Shown here: one piece after another, positions 57,403-64,000 of the stretch
Position numbering within the stretch: the stretch's first letter is position 1
How the letters are laid out: every line of letters starts with the position of its first letter
Assembly: GCA_045540015.1 (NCBI GenBank)
Contig: JAZQGP010000013.1
Span: 128,251-192,250, forward strand
Origin: Eubacteriales bacterium
GTDB taxonomy: Bacteria; Bacillota; Clostridia; Oscillospirales; CAG-382
DNA: 64,000 bases
Reading direction: 5' to 3'
Translations under genes and position numbers: made by a program
The notes under the pieces: generated by a model
What the model was told of the DNA's origin: nothing
What the model saw: only the letters and a program-made list of their open reading frames with translations
Databases searched by the model: none

Positions 57403-57563
57403 ATAAGAATTTACAAGAACTGTTGTGTGTACTTCCGGAGCAACTGCATAATTATTTCAGTAACTTCGTTGACTCCGTTTTTGATTTACACGAATACGAA
57501 AAGAAATCTGCTTTTCAGTCAGGTGTAGAGTTCGGGCGAGAAATGTTTAATGCAACACAATAA
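57399..57563 (+). CDS. small hypothetical protein (54 aa), below ORF-track cutoff
   Basis: ATGA-coupled to the previous gene. Product MNKNLQELLCVLPEQLHNYFSNFVDSVFDLHEYEKKSAFQSGVEFGREMFNATQ. Confidence 0.4.
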   Translation: MNKNLQELLCVLPEQLHNYFSNFVDSVFDLHEYEKKSAFQSGVEFGREMFNATQ

Positions 57564-57596
57564 CAATTAAGCCAAACAAAAACAAGTATGCGAATC

Positions 57597-57629
57597 AAAA
57601 CCACCAGTTGAACTGGTGGTTTTGATTTT
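57597..57629 (+). terminator. intrinsic terminator
   Basis: AAAA-CCACCAG-ttgaa-CTGGTGG-TTTTGATTTT. Confidence 0.65.
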
Positions 57630-58121
57630 CCCATTTCGACCTTGTTTCCCTTCTCTTTCTCTCTCCTTTCTCTCCCAAAAAGAAGAAACAGAAGAAAGAG
57701 AAAATGGCGTTATGAAATTATCATCTACATTGCTGAAGAAGTCCTAAAACAAAAAGCCCCGAAAGTTTCCAAAATTTCAGGACCGAGAAGACGAGAGTAT
57801 GAAAAACTTGACGATGAATTATTTCCGAAAGTAAAATTAATGGTAGATGAAATAGTAGGGAAGGATGGCAAACCTGAAAGGGTGTCGCCGACCAAGATTC
57901 AAAGGCTTATGGGACTTCCGCAAAAGCAATTTCAAAAACTTCCGAAGTGTAGAAAGTATATCGAAAGCAAAGCCGAAACTCAGGAAGAATATTGGAAAAG
58001 AAAAGTGGAATGGGCAGTGAGGGAAATACAAAAAGCAAACGGGACAGTGACGGTGTCGAAGGTAATGAAGAGGGCGAATATGAGGAAGGAACAATTGGTG
58101 TGTCTGAATTGGAAAGAATAG
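57626..58121 (+). pseudogene. decayed second copy of the Tn7-like element: ~80-bp left segment fused to the 3' third of tniQ
   Basis: 57626-57706 is near-identical to 20827-20906. 57720-58088 encodes a peptide ~80% identical to TniQ residues ~315-440 (KQKAPKVS.ISGPRR...ANGTVTVSKVMKRANMRK). tnsA, tnsB, tnsC and the 5' two-thirds of tniQ are absent. Confidence 0.8.
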
Positions 58122-58272
58122 TGTCATTGAGAAACACTGAGAGTGGAGTTGTAGCTAAAACTCCAAACAAATATAAGGTAGAGAGTGCATGGTTTTTTTG
58201 GAATTTTAAGCAATATTCTTATGATGTGCAATGACGGATTAAAGTTGTGTAGTATTAGTGAAGTTTTATTTA

Positions 58273-59070
58273 TCAACGCTTGTTGGGAACATCCGTGATA
58301 TTGTATCCAAAAATGTTTTTATACAGGCGGCTGACGTAATTAGGATCTGAGTATCCGTATAGTGCTGCTGCTTCGTACAGAGGCAGTTTTTTTGTTTCCA
58401 TGAGAGTCTTTATGCTTTTGAGCTTTTCGGAATTTATGTATTTCATCAAGGTTATGCCCTCGTTCTTTTTGAAGATGCTGCACAGATATGTCGGGGTAAT
58501 TCCAAGGTGTTTTGCTATGTCCTTCTGCATTATCGGCTCGGTTATGTGTTTGCTGAGGTATTTCTTTGCTTTATATACATAAATGTAATCGCCCGGCAAT
58601 TCATCGGATAATGTTTTACGGTTGCACTCGTCTATTTTGCAAAGTAAATCCAGGATTTCAGCGGCGCACTTTGTGGGGGAATGCTCGCATATAATGCTGT
58701 TGTGAATAAGCCAGTCTATTTTTCGGCAGATATCAGATGTTTTGTTTTTTTTCTGTGTGACAACGGGCAGAAGAATTCCGCCGTTGTATTTGTCAACCCA
58801 TTCAAGATTTATGCCGACAGTATGATGACGGTGATACCCTTTTGATGTAATGTCTATTTGTCGGTCTCTGACAAGACAGGTGATGTCATTTTCTTCTGCA
58901 ACGTATTGATTTTCACCATCACAAATTGTAATTGAGCCTTTCTCTATATATGAAATCTCAATAAAGTTTTTCTGCGGGTAAAACCGATTGCGATAATCGG
59001 TTGTTCCGTATATATGCGCAAACCTTAATGTCGGCATGGATGTTACTTCTATGGCTTTCACTTGAATCAC
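58273..59070 (-). CDS. AraC family transcriptional regulator
   Basis: N-terminal cupin-like sensor and C-terminal dual HTH (QKDIAKHLGITPTYLCSIFKK...YGYSDPNYVSRLYK). Divergent from GRE operon 2. Confidence 0.9.
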   Translation of the reverse strand: MIQVKAIEVTSMPTLRFAHIYGTTDYRNRFYPQKNFIEISYIEKGSITICDGENQYVAEENDITCLVRDRQIDITSKGYHRHHTVGINLEWVDKYNGGILLPVVTQKKNKTSDICRKIDWLIHNSIICEHSPTKCAAEILDLLCKIDECNRKTLSDELPGDYIYVYKAKKYLSKHITEPIMQKDIAKHLGITPTYLCSIFKKNEGITLMKYINSEKLKSIKTLMETKKLPLYEAAALYGYSDPNYVSRLYKNIFGYNITDVPNKR

Positions 59071-59130
59071 CTTCCATTACGGATTATAAATCAATATGTT
59101 GATTTTGTCAAGATTTCGTAAATATAACAA

Positions 59131-59159
59131 TTGACTTTTTTACTGCAAAAAAATATACT
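59131..59159 (+). promoter_or_regulatory. sigma-70-type promoter of GRE operon 2
   Basis: TTGACT (59131-59136), 17-nt spacer, TATACT (59154-59159). Confidence 0.5.
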
Positions 59160-59194
59160 GACAGTACAAATAATAGGATTGCGGAGGGATTTTT

Positions 59195-61300
59195 ATTAAA
59201 CTCTTTGAAAAACTTAATTCAGAACTTCGTCAAGAATATACCGGAACTTATGCCGATTTCTATTACAGATATCTCGGCTACAAATCGGATATGACTGCTT
59301 CTTATCAGATGTTCCGTGCAAACGGTATATATTCGCTTTTCACAAGCGGAAAACCCGTAATACTCAAAAGTGAACTTATAGCAGGAAACAAAGCCTTGCT
59401 TTACTGTGAAGTAGAAAAGTTCCGTCTTGATTATGCAAAACAGCAACTTGCACTTTTCGGAGCAAGAACGTTCAGAACAAATGCTGACCACTATGCACCT
59501 GACTATGACCGCATTTTAAGTGTAGGAATCTGCGGACTTGAAAAGGAAATAGACATTTCTCTTGAAAAACATAGGGACGATGATAAAAAGTGCGAAACAC
59601 TGCGTTCGATGAAGCGTGTGCTTTGCGGTTTTAAAAAAATGATTGAAAACTATGTTGAAAGCGCAAAGGAATGCATGCAGAATCCGGAATACAATCCCGA
59701 ATATCTTGATTTTATCATAAACAACTGCACTGCAATACTTGAACATAAGCCGCAGAGCTTTGCCGAGGCACTTCAGCTTGTGTGGTTCTGCCATAATTCA
59801 TTCGTTATGGAAGGCAGAAATGCCATGGCTCTCGGACGCCTTGACCAGTATCTGTATCCTTTCTATAAGGCTGATATTGAAAACGGTGTTATAACGGAGG
59901 AAGAGGTAACGGAACTTCTTGAGAATGTATTTATAAAACTCAAATACGATGTTGTAAATATTTGTATAGGCGGTCAGAATTCAAAGGGCGAATGTATGGT
60001 TAACGGACTAAGCTACTGTATAGTGGAGGCTGTTAAAAACTGTAACATACCCGGTCCCAATCTGTCTCTTAGATATACTGAAAACACACCTGACGATTTT
60101 CTTGACAAATGCCTTATATCCATAGGAACAGGTCTTGGGTATCCCGCCATAATGAATGATGATGTTAATATTGCGGCGTTAAAAAAATACGGATATGAGG
60201 AAGAAGACATTTACAATTATTCAATGGTCGGCTGCATAGAAAACTTTATAACCGGAATGCAGCCTCCGTGGACAGACTCACGTTTTGACACTCCGAGATT
60301 TTTTGATTATGTATTCAATAACGGAGAAAGTAAGAAGAACGTGTCCTTCGGTATTGATACAGGAGATGTTGAAAATATAAAATCCATGGATGAATTTATG
60401 GCAGTGTTTGAAAAGCAACTCAGTGCCGGTGTTGAAGAGTATGTTGCGTGTTTCTATGCAAAGAATGACTCTGTAAATCAGCGTTATTATCCCGAGCCCT
60501 TCCTGTCGCTTTTCTGCTATGACTGTATCGGCAGAGGACTTGACATAAACAACGGCGGTGCAAAATATCCCTTTGCTCACGGTGTAGGTCTTATGGGAAT
60601 AGGAACTACTGCAGATTCACTTGCTGCAATAGAAAAGGTGGTTTTTGTAGATAAGAAGGCAAGTCTTACAGACCTTAAAAATGCCATGAACAGTAATTTT
60701 GAAGGGTATGAAGATTTGCATAAAGAGCTTCTTGATGCTCCGAAATACGGAAACAACGATGATTTTGTCGACAAGTATGCGGTATGGTTTGTAGATTTTT
60801 TCGGTTCGTGTTTCAGTAAATACAAAACCCGTGACGGTGGAGGCATTTATATTTCGGCGGCGGCAAATGTCAATAATATATATGCGGGCAGTATGATAAA
60901 TGCAACACCCGACGGAAGAAAACGTGGTCAGCCTCTTTCGGATGCCGCTTCTCCGACGTACGGACGTGATGTCAAGGGTGCGACATCTACAATGAGCAGT
61001 GTGTCGAAACCCGACTACACGAAGATTGCCTGCGGAAGCGTTGTCAACCAGAAGTTTTCGCCTGAAATGTTCAACGAAACGAACAGAAAGAAGCTCGCTT
61101 CACTTATCCGCACATACTTTAAAAAAGGCGGTCAGGAAATACAGATAAATGCAACGTCAAGAGAAGTTCTTGTTGATGCCATGAACAACCCCGATAAATA
61201 CAGAAGCCTTGTTGTCCGTGTTTCAGGATTTTCAGCATTCTATGTTGACCTTGACAAAGCAGTTCAGCTTGACATTCTTAACCGTACTCAGCAGGGGTAA
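59195..61300 (+). CDS. glycyl radical enzyme, short PFL2/dehydratase-like family (paralog 2); probable ATT start
   Basis: Glycyl motif VVRVSGFSAFYVDL and Cys loop MVGCIENF. The frame is open from 59177. GGAGGG (59183-59188) lies 6 nt before ATT 59195. The encoded IKLFEKL... aligns with the MFEKL... start of paralog 1. The first ATG is at 59291. Confidence 0.75.
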   Translation: MKLFEKLNSELRQEYTGTYADFYYRYLGYKSDMTASYQMFRANGIYSLFTSGKPVILKSELIAGNKALLYCEVEKFRLDYAKQQLALFGARTFRTNADHYAPDYDRILSVGICGLEKEIDISLEKHRDDDKKCETLRSMKRVLCGFKKMIENYVESAKECMQNPEYNPEYLDFIINNCTAILEHKPQSFAEALQLVWFCHNSFVMEGRNAMALGRLDQYLYPFYKADIENGVITEEEVTELLENVFIKLKYDVVNICIGGQNSKGECMVNGLSYCIVEAVKNCNIPGPNLSLRYTENTPDDFLDKCLISIGTGLGYPAIMNDDVNIAALKKYGYEEEDIYNYSMVGCIENFITGMQPPWTDSRFDTPRFFDYVFNNGESKKNVSFGIDTGDVENIKSMDEFMAVFEKQLSAGVEEYVACFYAKNDSVNQRYYPEPFLSLFCYDCIGRGLDINNGGAKYPFAHGVGLMGIGTTADSLAAIEKVVFVDKKASLTDLKNAMNSNFEGYEDLHKELLDAPKYGNNDDFVDKYAVWFVDFFGSCFSKYKTRDGGGIYISAAANVNNIYAGSMINATPDGRKRGQPLSDAASPTYGRDVKGATSTMSSVSKPDYTKIACGSVVNQKFSPEMFNETNRKKLASLIRTYFKKGGQEIQINATSREVLVDAMNNPDKYRSLVVRVSGFSAFYVDLDKAVQLDILNRTQQG

Positions 61301-61305
61301 CGGCT

Positions 61306-62061
61306 ATGCTTAATATATCAAATATACAGCATTTCTCTGTAGGTGACGGAGAAGGAATACGCACGACAGTATTCTTTAAAGGATGCAATCTTCGCTGTCC
61401 GTGGTGTCACAATCCTGAAAATCTTGAAAGCGAGCCTGCGATACTTTGCTATAACAACGGCAAAACAGAAGTCAGGGGAGAAAAGGTTACGATTGAACAA
61501 ATATTACCTGAGCTTCTCGAGGATAAGGATTTTTATGACGGAAGCGGAGGGGGAGTAACTTTTTCGGGCGGAGAGGTTATGCTTTGTGCGGAAGAAGCGG
61601 CAGTTCTTGCTAAAGCCCTGAATGAAAACGGAGTGTCGGTGCTTATAGATACGGCAGGCTGTGTGCCGTATGAAAAGTTTGGTGTCCTTAACCCCTATGT
61701 TTCGGGATATCTGTTTGACTTCAAGACTGCGGATGAAGAAAAGTATAAAAGTATAGGCGGCAACCTTTCTCTTGTGACGGAAAATATAGAAAAGCTGAAA
61801 AAAGACGGTGTTCCCATGCATATACGGATTCCCGTAATACCGGGATTTAATTCGGATAAAGATTCGTCAGAACGCATATGCAGATATCTTGAACAAATCG
61901 GCATTGAAAGTGTGCACCTTTTGCCGTTTCACAGACTGGGTAAATCAAAATATGAGGCTATGAACCTTGAATATAAATATGCAGATGTTCTGCCTTTTAC
62001 AAAGGAAGAAATTTGTGAAATCGAAAGCATTTATTCGCAATATTTTAAATTAGAAAGATAG
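61306..62061 (+). CDS. glycyl-radical enzyme activating protein (radical SAM)
   Basis: CNLRCPWCHNPE motif. 251 aa, without the extra ferredoxin-like insert seen in the first activase. Confidence 0.9.
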   Translation: MLNISNIQHFSVGDGEGIRTTVFFKGCNLRCPWCHNPENLESEPAILCYNNGKTEVRGEKVTIEQILPELLEDKDFYDGSGGGVTFSGGEVMLCAEEAAVLAKALNENGVSVLIDTAGCVPYEKFGVLNPYVSGYLFDFKTADEEKYKSIGGNLSLVTENIEKLKKDGVPMHIRIPVIPGFNSDKDSSERICRYLEQIGIESVHLLPFHRLGKSKYEAMNLEYKYADVLPFTKEEICEIESIYSQYFKLER

Positions 62062-62080
62062 ATTTTGGAGGAATTTAATT

Positions 62081-63175
62081 ATGAAAGTAAAAGCAGCAGT
62101 ATTTATGGGCCCGGGTAAAGATTTTGACGTTCGTGAATTTGACGTGACACAGCCGCCTTCGGGCTATGCTCAGATGGAGCTTATCGCAAGCGGAATATGC
62201 GGCACGGATTTGCATATGCATAACGGAAAGCTTGCCACTGGTTTTCCATCAATAAAAGGACATGAATTTGTAGGTAAAATTGTTGAGGCAAACGAAGATG
62301 AACTGAAAAAGTTTGACATGAAAATCGGTGACGCAGTAATTGCGGATATCGCAGTACCCTGTGGAGAATGTATCCTCTGTAAGAACGGCGATGATGCAAA
62401 CTGCGTTAATATGAAGGTTACAAACGGCGGAAGCATTGACGTTGCTCCTTATCTTTACGGCGGATTTGCAGAGATGAATTACACACCTCTTACAAATCTT
62501 ATTAAAATCCCCGAATCTGTAAACCCCTCTGCGGCAGCAGTTTTTGCATGCCCCGGACCTACTGCAGTTCATGCAACCGAACTTGCCAAAAAAGCGGGAG
62601 TAGACTTTACAAAAATAAATACGGCAGTTGTCCAGGGCCTTGGTCCTGTAGGAACATTTGCAGTTATTTATCTTAAGGCACTTGGCGTAAAGAATGTATA
62701 TGCTATAACCGCAGGTAACGATATAACCCGTGAAAATACAGCACTCAGTCTCGGTGCAGACAGAATTTTCAACCTAACAAGAGAGGGCGTTGAAAAGGTT
62801 ACAGAGGAATTGAAAAAGGAAAACGGCGGTCTTGGCGTTGACCTTTGCTTTGAAGCATCCGGTGCCCCGAGTGCTATTTTGCAGGGCTTTGACATTCTCA
62901 GAAACAGAGGTGTATATCTTGTGCCCGGTCAGTACAGTGCATCGGGAGGAATTGAAATCCAACCTCAGATGATTACATTCAAAGCACTGCATATTATCGG
63001 CTCTTCACAGTACTCAGTATGTGATGTGCGAACATACCTTGATTTTTTGGCAAAGCATACGGAGCTTATTGATAAGATTGAAAAGCTTTCCACAAAGTTT
63101 AAGGTATCAGAAATCAATGAAGCCATTGCCTATGCCAAGAGCGGCAAAAACGTAAAAACTGTATTGGTGAAATAA
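62081..63175 (+). CDS. zinc-dependent (MDR-family) alcohol dehydrogenase
   Basis: GICGTDLHM, GHEFVGKIVE, a structural-Zn Cys cluster (CGECILCKNGDDANC), and Rossmann fold GLGPVG. Confidence 0.85.
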   Translation: MKVKAAVFMGPGKDFDVREFDVTQPPSGYAQMELIASGICGTDLHMHNGKLATGFPSIKGHEFVGKIVEANEDELKKFDMKIGDAVIADIAVPCGECILCKNGDDANCVNMKVTNGGSIDVAPYLYGGFAEMNYTPLTNLIKIPESVNPSAAAVFACPGPTAVHATELAKKAGVDFTKINTAVVQGLGPVGTFAVIYLKALGVKNVYAITAGNDITRENTALSLGADRIFNLTREGVEKVTEELKKENGGLGVDLCFEASGAPSAILQGFDILRNRGVYLVPGQYSASGGIEIQPQMITFKALHIIGSSQYSVCDVRTYLDFLAKHTELIDKIEKLSTKFKVSEINEAIAYAKSGKNVKTVLVK

Positions 63176-63176
63176 T

Positions 63177-63950
63177 ATGGATGTTATAATATTCGGCGGT
63201 CAGAGCAATATGCAGGGGCAGAGTGAATGCCTTTCTGAAGAAGCGATTGTAGAAAATGCGTATGAATATAAATTCCTGAAAGACGAACTTGTGCCCCTTA
63301 AAAATCCTGTCGGCGAAAACATCACATATGATTTCAAAGAGGGATATTTGCGTGTAAAGGGAGCACCGTCTGATGAGTGGCGTGATACGCATGTACTGGG
63401 AAGTGCCTGCTATAATCATACAAATCTTGTTCCCGAATTCTGCAGAGCATATATTAGGGAGAACAGCAGAGAAGTTGTTGCTGTTCATGCCGCAAAAGGC
63501 AATACCGAAATTTCCTACTGGCTTCCCGGAAGTGTGGGATATGAAGCACTGGTAAAAAAATCCAAAGCTGCTGTTGAAAAAGTTTGTTCCGAACATATCT
63601 ACTTTGTGTGGCTTCAGGGCGAAAGCGATGCTATAGCAGGTAAGAGTATTGCATACTATAAGGAATGTCTTGCAAAGCTCTGTAACGCACTCAAAAAAGA
63701 TGTCGGCATAGAAAAATTCGGCATCATAAGAGTCGGAAGATTTACAAACGATGAAAGAGACGACAGGATAATATTGGCACAGAGCGAAATATGCAGAGAA
63801 AACGAAGATTTTCTTATGCTGACGGAGATAGCAACTGAACTTAATGAAAATCCTGAATATATGAATCCATTTGTCAAAGGACATTTCAGTGCAAAAGGGC
63901 TTGAGATGCTTGGGCGTGAAGCAGGAAAAACACTCGGAAGACTGTGTTAA
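63177..63950 (+). CDS. SASA-family (sialate O-acetylesterase-like) esterase
   Basis: N-terminal IIFGGQSNMQGQ catalytic-serine motif and WLQGESD. Confidence 0.7.
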   Translation: MDVIIFGGQSNMQGQSECLSEEAIVENAYEYKFLKDELVPLKNPVGENITYDFKEGYLRVKGAPSDEWRDTHVLGSACYNHTNLVPEFCRAYIRENSREVVAVHAAKGNTEISYWLPGSVGYEALVKKSKAAVEKVCSEHIYFVWLQGESDAIAGKSIAYYKECLAKLCNALKKDVGIEKFGIIRVGRFTNDERDDRIILAQSEICRENEDFLMLTEIATELNENPEYMNPFVKGHFSAKGLEMLGREAGKTLGRLC

Positions 63951-64000
63951 AAATAAAATAATTGTTGACAAATACATTAACGTTATGGTATGATAAAATT

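Noticed and set aside
57642-58121. Track ORF of 159 aa as an intact gene
   Set aside because: Its N-terminal 25 codons translate the CT-rich element segment (MFPFSFSLLSLPKRRNRRKRK). The remainder is only the C-terminal third of TniQ. It is interpreted as a fusion remnant.

Overview
The window is a 64 kb chromosomal segment from a Firmicutes/Clostridia-type anaerobe; the taxon is inferred from gene content. About 55 genes are mostly co-directional on the + strand. Housekeeping blocks: trmK, nif3, rqcH, iorAB and guaA on the left, and ftsH, degV and yloV on the right. A membrane-lipid supercluster follows: plsY, plsC, GT8, pgsA, cdsA, a 1408-aa BCR/HAD (PlsA/PlsR-like) fusion and an acyl-ACP thioesterase. 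Accessory content: (1) a Tn7-like tnsA-like/tnsB/tnsC/tniQ module lies just past the guaA terminator. It has a -1 slippery site in tnsB, an unusual TTTTCGGRA motif array and a long purine/pyrimidine tract. A decayed second copy sits at 57.6-58.1 kb. (2) Two paralogous operons encode unusually short (~660 aa) glycyl radical enzymes with their activases. One pairs with LacI and a GH36/raffinose-synthase-like hydrolase, the other with AraC, a Zn-ADH and a SASA-type esterase. (3) An OmpR/HK two-component system sits next to a heterodimeric ABC exporter. An 18-nt operator-like motif recurs at five promoters with fixed 8-9 nt spacing to a -10 box. (4) A non-canonical Hsp70/J-protein/DUF5685 module is bracketed by two paralogous Zn-ribbon membrane proteins and contains a nonsense-mutated alarmone synthetase. 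No CRISPR array, rRNA gene or intact tRNA gene was seen.
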